DNA from: Octopus vulgaris
Lineage: Eukaryota
Direction: 5' to 3'
Assembly: GCA_951406725.2 (NCBI GenBank)
Contig: OX597827.1
Location: forward strand, 11,160,001 to 11,224,000
DNA length: 64,000 nucleotides
Below are positions 30,040 to 42,244 of the stretch, piece after piece. The stretch's first letter is position 1; each line of letters starts with the position of its first letter. The notes beneath the pieces were generated by a model. It had not been told where the DNA came from and made no database searches. It saw nothing but the letters and a program-made list of their open reading frames with translations. Both the position numbers and the translations under genes were made by a program.

Positions 30040-30330
30040 TTGGCTCAGTGGTTAGAGCGTCAGGCTTTCAATCATGAGGTAGTAAGCTCAATTCTCAGAC
30101 TGAGCTATATGTTGTGTTCTTGAGCAAGACACTTTATTTCATGTTGCTCTAGTTTACTCAACTGTAGAAATGTGTTGCGACAGTCTTTGCCATTCCCTTG
30201 GATAACATCGATGTCATGGAGACGGGAGACTGGTATGCTGGTCTTCCATAAACAACTTTGACTGAACTTGTGCCTCAGAGGGGAACTTTCTAGATGCAAT
30301 CCCATGCTCATTCATGACTGAAGGGGGTGG
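30040..30330 (+). mobile_element. tRNA-derived SINE family 4
   Basis: tggctcagtggttagagcg head followed by gttcttgagcaagacacttt, resembling conserved SINE central domains. Confidence 0.7.
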
Positions 30331-31343
30331 ATCTTTATATTTTTTCACATTTCTTAAAATGACAGATATCAATCATCTCTAAAAAACGTTTAATTAATTA
30401 GTAAATTAGTAATTAGTAATTAGTAATTAGTAAAATTTTTTTTGCCTCTGGCCCTTTTTTTAATGAAAAGACAAAACACAGTTTGTAACCATATAATTCT
30501 TTTGTTGTCACGTTTCTTGGTGCTGCCATATGATCCAATTTTTGATATAATGTTGTGATCCAGAGATCTCTGCAAGCTTAGCACAAGCTCCTTGTAAAGC
30601 CCTAGGACAACTTGGGGTCTCAAAGCAAAACCTGTTTTCTCCAAATGTTCTTTTATTAGTTATCAATGAATCATTTAACAGGGTATGTATTCTTCTCTCT
30701 TTTTTTTTTTTTTTTTTACCAAACACCAGTAGAAATGAGAACAGGTGTACTACAAATGTAGATTTAGCTCTTCAAAGATTCTGACCAAGAACTCAGTTCA
30801 CATTCCTTCTGCAATGACATACTGACATGAATCTGTTATCTTTTGTCAATCAAAACAAAATCTAGAAATCACCTGAATTCACAGATAGATCTGCGGATCA
30901 TAATCAGCAAGAAAAACACCATGTTTTGATAAAAAGTGATGAATGAGAAGCGGGATCAAAGAAATCATTGAATTTTATGTTCACAATGGTATTTGATTTC
31001 ATTGTTTGGTTATTTCTATTTCGCTGATCTACATTTAATTTGCACATTACCTACTGAATCAGAAGCATGTGTTTTCTGTTTTTTCCTTTATTCAGTTTGT
31101 TCACACATACAACAATGAGTTGGTGAGTGGTTCGAATAACAACAGGAGGAAGAATGAGAGAGAGAGAGAGAGAAAAAGATAGGGTGGAAAGTAATCAGCT
31201 ATTAGAAAATTAGGTTTTTCATTTTCATATATGATATTACTGTAGTAGGGGTGTGTCAAAATTTATCAAATATTCATAGGAGTGTAGGGCACAGAAAAGT
31301 TTGGGACCTATTATTATTATTTTATATATATATATACACACAC

Positions 31344-31394
<51 letters not shown>

Positions 31395-31408
31395 TACATA
31401 CATTCATG

Positions 31409-31454
<46 letters not shown>

Positions 31455-31604
31455 AATACATGTATGTATGTATATATGTATATGCATACAAACATATATA
31501 AATATACATTTATATATATATATATATATATGTATATGTATACAAACATATATAAATATATATTTATATGTGTGTGTGTGTTTGTATATGTGTATATATC
31601 TATC

Positions 31605-31635
<31 letters not shown>

Positions 31636-32013
31636 TATTATGTATATATACATACACACACACACATATATATAGATACATACTTAAAGATATATATACG
31701 TACATATATATTGTTTTATATTTTAACAAACTTTTCATTTTAAAAAATCCCATCTCTATAAATATATTTTTCTCACATTTTAGAAGATGAAGAAGGTCAC
31801 CTTTTTTTTTGCCTCTTGGTTTTGCTTTGAGGTAATGCAGAGTAGTCTACCTTGCATGGAGGGTGGGGTGGCAGGTACAGAAAAATTGTTGTCGGAAGTG
31901 TCAGACTCACAAAATTGCAGTCGATGCTCAATGCACTTTATCCGTGCCAACATCCTTCTTTAATTAAAAACTAAAGCCATAGCTCCAGCCCTAGTAATAT
32001 CAGTATCAGCATC

Positions 32014-32044
<31 letters not shown>

Positions 32045-32443
32045 GTAGTAGTAGTAGCAGCAACAGCAGCAATGGTAGCAGTGGTAGCAACAGCATGAGC
32101 TGCAGCTGCAGCAATAGTAGCAGCGTTGTGACCTATTTTTTTCCGATATATCAGGATAAGGCAAGCAGAGTAATGTACCTTGATTAGATGCTCAGCAAGA
32201 CTGATTGGAGCTATAATATTCTTTGGCAATATATTGATTTGTTCTGACTATACACACAAAGCCAATTGTTATAATAAAGGAATGTATTTATGTTCAATTG
32301 AAATGTTTCCAGTGTATTTCTGGTATTCATTTTATCACTCTGCTCCTAAAGGGTTTCAATATAAGCTTTGGCAAGTAAATGAATGTGCGTGGAGCAATGT
32401 CAGTATACTAACGAATGATGATACACACACCCATCTACATTTA

Positions 32444-32474
<31 letters not shown>

Positions 32475-32559
32475 TATGTATCAGAAAGAATTGAGATGTG
32501 GACAATCTGTGTGTGTGTGTGTGTGTGGATGGATAATCGTACACTTTCACTTTGAGATT

Positions 32560-33500
32560 CTGAAAAGAAAGTTTGCATGGAAGTACTACTATGGAAAGCT
32601 ATAAAATTTGGAGCCAACACAGGGACCAGCTATTCTAGTTGACAGCAGCATGATGGATAAAGCAATTAAGGATATGAAAGCAGGGAAAGCACCTGATCCA
32701 TCAGGAGTCAACTCTGAAATGCTTAAAATACCTGGCTGAGTAGGATACAGTTACCTACATAGCAAAACAGATTATACAGGAAAGTGTTATACATAACAAC
32801 TGGCGTAGGAGTGGCTGTGTGGTAAGTAGCTTGCTAACCAACCACATGGTTCTGGGTTCAGTCCCACTGCGTGGCATCTTGGGCAAGTGTCTCCTGCTAT
32901 AGCCCCGGGCCAACCAATGCCTTGTGAGTGGATTTGGTAGATGGAAACTGAAAGAAGCCTGTCGTATATATGTATATATATATAAGTGTGTGTGTATATG
33001 TTTGTGTGTCTGTGTTAGTCCCCCTCAACATTGCTTGACAACCGATGCTGGTGTGTTTACGTCCCCGTCACTTAGCGGTTTGGCAAAAGAGACCAATAGA
33101 ATAAGTACTAGGCTTACAAAAGAATAAGTCCTGGGGTCGATTTGCTCGACTAAAGGCGGTGCTCCAGCATGGCCGCAGTCAAATGACTGAAATAAGTAAA
33201 AGAGTAAAGAGTAAAGAGTAGAAGAATTATAGTCAACTGTTACAAGGGTAAAGAAGATGCTTTAGTTAGAAGTATGTTCAGAGATATCACATTGCTGGAC
33301 CAGGTCACGAAAGTTGGAGGAAGAATCATAGCCCAACTAATAAAGAAGAGAATAATGTTAGATGTGATGTAGTTTTCTGTTGTGCTAGTTAGTAGTACTA
33401 CTGATACCCTCTTTTTAATAAGGCAGCTACAGAAAAAGTATTTAGGTAAAACTAAGCCATTAAACTTGACATTCATTGATAGGAGAAAGCTTTTGACAGG
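32560..33500 (+). mobile_element. RTE-clade LINE reverse-transcriptase fragment interrupted by a SINE
   Basis: KAIKDMKAGKAPDPSGVNSEMLK ... [SINE 32802-33220] ... IIVNCYKGKEDAL, STTDTLFLIRQLQKKYLGKTKPLNLTFID; stops and frameshifts present. Confidence 0.85.
32802..33220 (+). mobile_element. SINE family 1 nested in RTE LINE
   Basis: Full-length copy splitting the RT fragment. Confidence 0.92.
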
Positions 33501-33939
33501 GTCCATAGCACCCTTACCTCTTTCTATCCCAACTCTCCTACCACATACATATTTTCCCTATTTCCTGATCTATCAACAGATTTATTATTATACTATTATA
33601 CTATTATTATACTATTATCCACTCATCCTGTACTTATTATACTATTATCATATTATTATACTATTATACTATTATACTATTATTATACTATTATCCACTC
33701 ATCCTGTACTGTCACCTATCACCTCTTCCTTCCTGAGACATTTTTTTTTCACCTTCCCCTTTCAGACTGATATTTAGAGGTGACCACATCTTTACCTTTC
33801 TTCACCATTCACTAATATCACCCATACTCCCATTTCTAACCATCTATCACTCTCCTCTTGCACTTTTAGGAAATTACCACTCGTCTTTCATGATCTACAG
33901 TCCATATTCTCTCATATACTTACCTTCTTGTATCCTGAG

Positions 33940-34710
33940 AGCATGAGGTGGTATCAAGAAGTTTGCAGACTTGTTCGGCAGCACGCCAATGGTTGTGTAT
34001 GCAGTGAGAGATAGCAGTGACCTTCAAGAGGCAGTGTGTCAAGTGACATTGCTGAGTTTTCTTTGCAAGATGTGAAATTTGTACATTTGTGATCATGTGT
34101 ATTAATGCAGTCTGATATTTTGTCATGAAGAAGAACAAAAAGCCAGCATGAAACTTTGCACTTAACTTGAGAAGTCCACTACAAAGGCATTGAGCATTAC
34201 AGCAATGGGGCAATGGGTCATACGCAATGTTTTGAGTGGCACAGGCACTCCAAAAAGCAGAAGGTTCCTGGAAGACGATGTGCCATCTGGAAGACCTGCC
34301 ACAAGTGCCACACTGAAAATGTGGCATTGTGCATCAGGAATTCATCCCCCAGGGCCAGACTGTTCTACTGTAATGTTTTGAAGCATTTGCGGTCGGACAT
34401 TCAACAAAACTGACCGGATCTGTGGGGTAAGAAGAATTGGTTTCTTCACAATAACAATGCACCCTGTCACCGAACTCTCCTCACTCATTTCTCATCAAAA
34501 ATAACATGGTATAACTCCTGCACCCGCCCTATTCACCAAATTTAGCACCTGAAGACATCCATCTCTTCCTCAAGATGAAAATGCAGCTTAAAAGTCACCC
34601 TCTTAACACCATTGTCAAGATTCAGAGTCAGTCACAGAAGGTCCTCAGCTCACTTACAGAAAATTACTTGCAGGCCAAAATCTAAAACTGACAGTAATGC
34701 TAGGACCAGT
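33940..34710 (+). mobile_element. Decayed, internally deleted mariner transposon
   Basis: Frame-broken translation gives EEQKASMKLC, AMGHTQCFEWHRH, LEDDVPSGRPATS, HQEFIPQGQTV, WFLHNNNAPCH and HPPYSPNLAP, which are mariner HTH and catalytic-domain motifs. Confidence 0.88.
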
Positions 34711-35194
34711 GTTTTCTCTCTTTCACACATATGTATGTATATATGAGTATGTGTGTATGTATGTGTGCCAGTGTATATAAGCTAGACATTAATGTTAAAT
34801 GCCTTGAACCAATATCACATGGCATTTATTCTGATGGAGTTAGATCCCTTTACACCGATAAAGACACGGAATATTGCTAAATAAAGATCAATAAAAGAAG
34901 TTCCAAGGTGGCAAGGTGGCGGAATCATTAGCACACTGAGCAAAATGCTTTGTAGCATCTCGTCTCTCTCTATATATTCTAAGTTCAAATTCCATCCAGG
35001 TTGACTTTGCCTTTCATCGTTTCAGGGTCAATAAAATAAGTTCCTGTTGAGCACTGTGGTTGGTGTAATTGACTTACCACTCTCCCAGAATTGCTGGCCT
35101 TGTGCCAAAACTTGAAATCAAAAATGTAAGTATCAAATGTAAGTATTGGAGATTGATACAATTGTATACCAAGAGCCCACAATGTTGTTTGTCC

Positions 35195-35370
35195 AAGTCG
35201 GCATTTGTGAGAGATGCAGCATTGAGGATGAATGACCCCAGCTCAACCCACCCCGGATGAATGCTGTCAAGTCAGTCAGTCAGTCCCATAAATATCATAT
35301 ATGCTGCCACAGATGGGCATATTAGATGACCCGCCCTGGGTGAACGCCGTCACAAGTACAAGTAAGTACA
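35195..35370 (+). mobile_element. Two very short LINE (RTE-like) 3' termini
   Basis: acccaccccggatgaatgctgtcaa and acccgccctgggtgaacgccgtcacaa, followed by short tandem tails (GTCA)n and (AAGT)-like. Confidence 0.4.
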
Positions 35371-35564
35371 TAGGTGTGGTGTTTAGCTGTGGTTCTTAGT
35401 ATTCTGGGCTCAAGCCATTTTGCTAAGTTTGCATTTTCTATCTTTGTGAGGTCGATAAAACGAAATACCAGTGAAGTACTCTGGATTAATTTTTGTGAAT
35501 GTGTTTCTTTATCAAAATGTCTGACCTTGTATCCAAACTGCTAGAAATCATTATCATCATCATC

Positions 35565-35796
35565 TATTTCCTTATTACCCACAAGGGGCTAAACACAGAG
35601 GGGACAAACAAGGACAGACATGCGGATTAAGTCGATTATATCGACTCCAGTGTGTAACTGGTACTTATTTAATTGACCCCAAATGTATGAAAGGCAAAGA
35701 CGACCTTGGCGGAATTTGAACTCAGAATGTAGCAGCAGACGAAATACTGCTAAGCATTTCGCCCGGCATGCAAACGATTCTGCCAGCTCACCGCCA
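35565..35796 (-). mobile_element. SINE family 2 (representative copy)
   Basis: ggcggtgagctggcagaatcgtt...ttctgagttcaaattcc...gcctttcat...taagtaccagt. Other copies at about 26035-26245(+), 27545-27712(+), 34905-35120(+), 36160-36318(+), 43095-43305(-), 45510-45700(-), 46445-46660(-), 59110-59322(-), 62450-62665(+), 63070-63285(+). Confidence 0.85.
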
Positions 35797-36573
35797 TTAT
35801 CATCATCATCAAGAACAACATGACAGCAGAGTTACCATCACATTTACACAAGACATTTTGACTGAGGGTTTTTATTCCTCCTTTCTTTTTTCTTTCTTCT
35901 TTTCTCTTTACCTTTGTTACCAGTTGTGAAAAATGAAAATTGATGACTTTTTGTTTTGACTAAAAAGGAACCCTGGATATTCCAGTTCAAAGTTTGAACT
36001 TCTGTATTTCTGCAAATTTTTCAGTTTTCGTTATGAAGTCAAAGAAGACAGACATGCCGTTGAAATATTGTTCAATTCAATAAACAGTCAATTTTTATTT
36101 AATACAAATCATATTGTACTCTTCTCTTTGTGTATTGTTATTATTATTATTATTCTGACTTTTCATGTTCACATTTCAAATCCTGATGAGGTCAACTTCG
36201 ACTCTCATCCCTCTGTTGTGGATGAAATAAAGTACCAATCAAGTTCTGGGGCTGATAGCATCAACTAATTCCACTACCCTCAAAATTATTGGCCTTGTGC
36301 CAAAATTAGAAAGAATTATCAGCATCATCATTAATGAAGCATCTCTTAAGACTTAGGTTAATATAACAGACTGCACAGCTATGCCACACCCCTTAAAACA
36401 TCTGTGCTGTCATGGCTAATTTAGAAATAATTATTAATAATCAAGCAAAATAAAATTGATAATCAGTCATCCTTATATTAACATTGCATTAACTCAAAAG
36501 TTACATTTTAATATTCTCTTAATTACTGCTGTATTACGCATTCAGAAACATTTCGAAATATATATTTGTAATA

Positions 36574-36831
36574 TATATTTGCGAAGAGGTTGCAGTCATT
36601 TCAGCGAGCGAGACTGGCTACCCTGAACTGACGACGAACAACAGACTCAGAAACCTATGTCTTCAGGTGCTTAGTCCCAGCTGGCAGGGGTGATTACCTC
36701 CCCTTTGCAAATATAAGGACACAGAAAATGTGTCAAAGCCAACTGGAGACGTCAATGTTTCCTAGGGCTAAATGGCGGTGGTGTAATTCCCTTACGGGAC
36801 TGTCACATTGAGTTGGACAGTATATGACTGC
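36574..36831 (+). mobile_element. 258-bp hammerhead-containing retrozyme-like element with 13-bp flanking direct repeat
   Basis: tatatttgtaata at 36561-36573 and 36832-36844; GC-richer self-complementary interior; type-I hammerhead at 36622-36667. Confidence 0.6.
36622..36667 (+). ncRNA. Type-I hammerhead ribozyme motif
   Basis: cctgaa-CTGACGA-cga(acaacagac)tca-GAAA-cctat-GTC|ttcagg. Perfect 6-bp stem I, intact core, GUC site; the stem II closing pair is a C-A mismatch. Confidence 0.75.
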
Positions 36832-36984
36832 TATATTTGTAATAGTTTTTTCCCCCAAATAATGGAGTGTATTTCATTCTAACCTTGTTTTGCTTTTTTT
36901 TCTCCTGGAAGTTGTATACCTTCTGGTCAATCTCAGCTATTGAGAAATATGACAACTTTAAGAATATTTTATAATATATTTAAT

Positions 36985-37292
36985 AATGAAATTATTGTAT
37001 ACAGTGCTCAGGTGCACCACAACTTGTCAGCGTATATGCAGTAATGTACAGATGTCTGGAAAGCGAACAATGCATGAGTCAGATACATTCTTGTGTGTGT
37101 ATGGAGGGGAGAAAATCAGGTGTAGTGTTGGCGAATCTCAGGAAGCATGGAAGTTTTGAAGGATGCAGTGCTCCGACAACTAACAACTGATGCCAGCAGT
37201 TTGTTCCATGCTTCAGCAACTCTCAGCGTGAAAAACTGTTTCCTGAAGTCATGGGAGCTGTGCTGTTTTCTGACTTTGTAAATATGTCCATA
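36985..37292 (-). mobile_element. CR1/L2-group LINE 3' end (second family)
   Basis: GHIYKVRKQHSSHDFRKQFFTLRVAEAWNKLLASVVSCRSTASFK on the minus strand. Confidence 0.82.
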
Positions 37293-38175
37293 TTTAATGA
37301 ATGTACAACCAAAGCATTCTTTTCAATTGCGTATTTCTGGTCTCCATTGCTATAAAGATATCTACCCTGTAACTGGCTGTTTTACACCAACAAAACCTGT
37401 TATGCTCTTTATGTAAATAAGGAAGGAAAGAAAAATATAGGCATGGTTCTTGGGTTAAGTTCATCTTGCAACCAAGCTGATGTCTGAGTATGATCACTCT
37501 ACAAGGTATAAAGGGCAAATGTCTTCTATTATAGCACCCTGCTGTTCATTATTTTGTGAACGGAGTTTGGTTGGCAGAAACTGTGCAGAAGCCTTTCATA
37601 TACATCTACCTACTTACCCTAAAGATGTGTGTATGTGTGAGCACACATTTACATGTATGCATGCGAGTGGATTTTATGTTTCTTCGTAATTGTGTAACTT
37701 GGTATGAAGGCCCTGTAGTATTGAAGCCAAGATAAGGGAAGTAACTCCATCAATGAAATTTAGGGAGTTACTTCCCATGAATAAACTTTAAAAAAAAATA
37801 GGAAAAAACTACAGGTGTACGTTAGCCATTGTATAAATAGCTGGCAATGAATTGAGAAGACAACTATGTGCTGAGGTTGATGTAAAATAACTAAAGAAAT
37901 ATTCCCTTTAGGAAGTTGAATTTCATGACCCCACAATGATAACCAGTGAAATAACAGCACAGACATCTATTCAAATAAACAAATACGTGTAAGTGTATGT
38001 GTGTGTTTTGTAAGCACCATCATTTTTATATTTGGTAAATATTAATTACCTGCATTTCGTAGATGAATAGCTCCTACATGAACAAAATTTTTTTACCTGT
38101 TTCCTATAGAATAAGTGTAAAAATATACTTCCATGTATTAGTGTTTGTTTAAACATATATATATATATATATATG

Positions 38176-38315
38176 TACAAAATTTAGAGGATTGACCACT
38201 AAATTTTTTGACCACTGGATTTTTTTCTTGGGAACACATTCTCCATGGAAAATGGCAATTTTGACGTCTATATCTAGCATACAGGCTGTCCACTTTTAGT
38301 CCTCTAAATTTTGTA
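38176..38315. mobile_element. Small inverted-repeat (MITE-like) element
   Basis: 16-bp TIR tacaaaatttagagga / tcctctaaattttgta. Confidence 0.5.
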
Positions 38316-38465
38316 TGTAAAAAAATTTTTAATCTTCGGATTTTTAAAAAAATGCTAGGCCTGGTTTTAATTGATTAATATCAATTTCTACCCTTATTGA
38401 ATTTTATATATGTATATAATATAATAATTATTATTATTTGAGGGAATAAAATCCAAACATACAAG

Positions 38466-38502
<37 letters not shown>

Positions 38503-38685
38503 TTATATATAAAATCAAATCAAGCATTAAACTCAAGGATCACTTAATATTTCTGAGTAGATTATCATATTTATTTTATTATAAAAAAAAAACAGAAAGC
38601 AAAAAACAAAATAAGAGAAAGTTTGTCTAGTGAAGGCTATGAAGCCAATACTTTGAAATAACATTCAATCTTGTGTTTGTAAAAA

Positions 38686-38774
<89 letters not shown>

Positions 38775-38823
38775 CATATATATACATATGTATATATATA
38801 TATATATATACATATATATATAC

Positions 38824-38860
<37 letters not shown>

Positions 38861-38990
38861 CATACATATATATATATATATTTACAAATTCAATATCCCT
38901 ACATATCTCATATCTATTTTCTTTCGTCAACCTCACTCTCTATTTTGTATCCTATCTAAATTAATTATTACTTAACCATCCTCTCACACC

Positions 38991-39042
38991 GTCTCTGATG
39001 AAGGGAAGTAATTAATAAATATCCTAGAAACAGCTGTAAGAC
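38991..39042 (+). ncRNA. Minimal type-I hammerhead ribozyme motif (Penelope-like element end)
   Basis: gtct-CTGATGA-aggga...tccta-GAAA-cagct-GTA|agac. Stem I gtct/agac; palindromic stem III ACAGCTGT, as in dimer-cleaving PLE hammerheads. Confidence 0.75.
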
Positions 39043-39151
39043 ATTTTATCTATAAATATTGTAAAACCTACACACCCTTTGTTTTTCATCTCATTATGCA
39101 AAAAATTATTATATATATATATGTGTGTTTATGTATATATATGTGTTTATG

Positions 39152-39185
<34 letters not shown>

Positions 39186-39254
39186 TATATATATATATAT
39201 TTATGCATGTATTTATATATATATATATGTTTATATGTGTGTATATATATATAT

Positions 39255-39440
39255 AAATGCGACCTTGTGTGTACCGTTGGCGATTTTTTTTCCTCTGTCT
39301 TTCCTTCTCCTATGTTTCCGATGAAGAGCTCCGCTCGAAATGTTAAACCCTCCTTCTTTCCTGAGCGTCCAATAATACTATATTTGTTCCACATCCTCGC
39401 GTTGTTGTGTGTTTTTTTGTGCTTTCTTGTTTGGATTAAC
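39255..39440 (+). mobile_element. Penelope-like terminal fragment with variant hammerhead-like motif (39314-39350)
   Basis: CCGATGA-a-GAGC(tcc)GCTC-GAAA-tgtTA, flanked by (TA)n; related to 13880-14080. Confidence 0.45.
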
Positions 39441-39858
39441 TATATATATATACACTCACGCACATTTATATAAATTAGAAGTAAAATAGCCTACATCTGG
39501 CCTATGATAATTTGAATGAGTTGATGTGTTAATGCTCACTATGATCTTTTTTTTTTCCTACCTTGGAATTGAGTTTTACAGCAAGAGAACCATCATTATT
39601 GTCACAAGAAATATCTTCCAATTTCTAGGCAGGTAAGCTGAGGCAAGTAGAGTTACATATCATGCCCCAAATGCCAAGGGTAATCAATGTCCAGAGTAAG
39701 ATCCCAGCATAAGGGCTAGGGGTCTCACAGCTAAGATCTGCTGTTATAATTCCCCTTTGGTTAGACAAAAAATATAAAGAAAAATCAAAGACAATTTTTC
39801 TATTGAAGTGAAAATATTTATTGTACACTTTTCTGACAATGAACATCTTAGAGCATAC

Positions 39859-40015
39859 CTGCTATCTCTTCATACAGTCCGGTTTGTCCATCGCTCCATT
39901 TATGATGAGAGCCTAGGTGAGTTGCGATTCTGTCACTCTGCTTGTGTGGAACCATACAAGTGCTCTCTTGAACTCCTTTCCCTCCAGCTGCCACAGCAAC
40001 TTGCTGTACATATAT
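39859..40015 (-). CDS. Pcdh: Protocadherin cytoplasmic-tail exon (IYVQQVAVAAGGKGVQESTCMVPHKQSDRIATHLGSHHKWSDGQTGLYEEIA)
   Basis: 157-nt non-repetitive segment bounded by ttattacctag| and CAG|GTATGC. It is open in phase 0, matching the 53661 donor, and ends in phase 1. It contains a YEEI tyrosine motif. Confidence 0.75.
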
Positions 40016-40119
40016 CTAGGTAATAACATTATACAGAATAATGCTAGGTTTCAGGTAAACAGAAAGATAAATTCAACTACACTTGCTGTAGCGGAAGTAT
40101 GGTAAATTATCAAAGACAA

Positions 40120-40371
40120 TGTGGTTGTGTGGTAAGAATTTTGCTTCCCAACCACATGGTTCTGGGTTCAGTCTCAACGTGTGGCACCTTGGGCAAGTGT
40201 CTTGTACTATAGCTTCAGGCTGACCAAAGCCTTGTGAGTGGATCTGGTAGACAGAAATTGAAAGAAGCCCATCGTTTGTGTGTGTATATATATATATGTG
40301 TGTATATGTATATATATACATACATACATACATATATGTATATATATACATACATACATATATGTATATAT

Positions 40372-40444
<73 letters not shown>

Positions 40445-40745
40445 CATACATGCAGACACACACATATATGTATGTATGTATGTATATATCTATGTGTGCG
40501 AATCTTTGTGTCTGTGTTTGTCCACTCAATCATTGCTTGACAGCCAGCGTTGGTGTGTTTACGTCCCCATAACCTAGCAGTTCGGCAAAAGAGACCGATA
40601 GAATAATTACTAGGCTTTAAAAACAAATAAGTCCTGGTGGGGGGGTCGATTTTTTCAACTAAAACCCTTCAAAGCAATGCTCCAGCATGGCTACAGTTAA
40701 ATGACCGAAACATGTAAAAGAATAAAAGTATAAAAGAATAAGAGA
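40120..40745 (+). mobile_element. SINE family 1 (older, expanded microsatellite)
   Basis: Same head and tail, more diverged. Confidence 0.85.
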
Positions 40746-41315
40746 ATAAACGAATAACTAAATATGACCTTCTGACATGGTAACAATGTTAATAAAAGTT
40801 TACAGAAATATTCATTTATCATAAATTCTGTTGTTCATAATTTTTATATCATTTTGATATATTTTAATTGAAACTAAATCAAATAGATTATCACGGAAAT
40901 ATTAATTTTTGTAAGCATGTGTGTATATATGTTTGTATGTGAGTGTATATAATTGTGCATGTTTGTTTGTTGAGTTTGTGTATGAGCATATTTGTGTGTG
41001 TATGTATGCATTCATGTTAAGGTTAGTTACAATACTCTTCTCCCAATGGATAATATGTGAAAAAAATTAAATACAATGATAGTGGGAAGATGAATTGTAA
41101 CATAATTAATTAACTGTGATAAAACTGGAAGTAAGGACATGTTATAGTCTTCATTGCAGCAGCAGCAATAAATACAATTCGAATATACATTGGCAGTTTC
41201 GTTTGAAATATTTGTGTCTGAATTCAAAGCAGCATACCATGGCCACCGAGTCAGTCTACAGAACCAATGGCTCAAGTTTGAGGATGTTTATTGGAGCCAG
41301 AGAGGATGTTCTTGG

Positions 41316-41429
41316 CTAGAACGATCCTGAAGATGTCACATGCAGATTCACTTTAGAAGATGGTTTTGGAAACCAGGCCTTAACCCTATCCGTAGCATGT
41401 TCAAGGGTTCCTGAGTTAGGTTGGCCCCA
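41316..41429 (-). CDS. Candidate alternative terminal exon of the protocadherin (WGQPNSGTLEHATDRVKAWFPKPSSKVNLHVTSSGSF*)
   Basis: Long pyrimidine tract then ttgccag|, 37 open codons in phase 0, and AATAAA at 41287-41292 on the minus strand. No transcript evidence. Confidence 0.4.
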   Translation of the reverse strand, partial: WGQPNSGTLEHATDRVKAWFPKPSSKVNLHVTSSGSF

Positions 41430-42244
41430 CTGGCAAGATCAAAAATACAAATTGATCAGTAGATCGAGATACAGAAAGAAGAAAAAGGGGGAAGGAGGAA
41501 TAGGGGGTGATTAGGAGTCCTTTACAGTTAAAAACTTCATCATCTTTACAAGAAATTATCTCATCCATCTGTTCTTTTTATGATAATTTTGTACATCATT
41601 CAAACTGACCAACCCATTTCACTTGGTTCCACTACCTTATTCTCTTCTATCTTATTGAGTGGGTGTCCTTTCTCTATATTGCAGTTTAACGAGTGTCACC
41701 AACTCTGTGAGAAAGTACTTAAGGGTTTGATATTTTCCTTTTTTTTCGTTCCCTTTCTCTCTTAAAAGTATTTTCTGTAAGTGCTATGGCCATCTTCATT
41801 CTTCAAGTCTATTGCATACAGGCGTGTGCTTCCCTTGGCTGTGGAACATAAAAAAAAACAAAAGTTCTAAGAATAATTTTCAAAGCAGATAAACTATAAT
41901 AGTGGAAATTTATAAGGTCAGTTTAGTATAGAAAAAGTAACATAAAGTATTTATCTCAGAAATCAATATATTTTGAAGAATATTTTGAAAAAATTTATAT
42001 GTGTAAAGTAATTGATTTACAATAAGTATAATTAGTGGGAAAGCTAATTAATAATATTTCATTTCTGTATTTGGTTTTGTAAACTCATGAGTTGGAACAT
42101 ATTTTATTTATCTCAAAAGGGTCTTTGGCTAATAATAAACACACACACTGATTCTATTTCACTTCCTTATCATTCATCAGTTGGTTAATTATTTTACCAA
42201 TTAACATTGATTATTTGATTAACCATTTCTTCAGTCAGTACATT

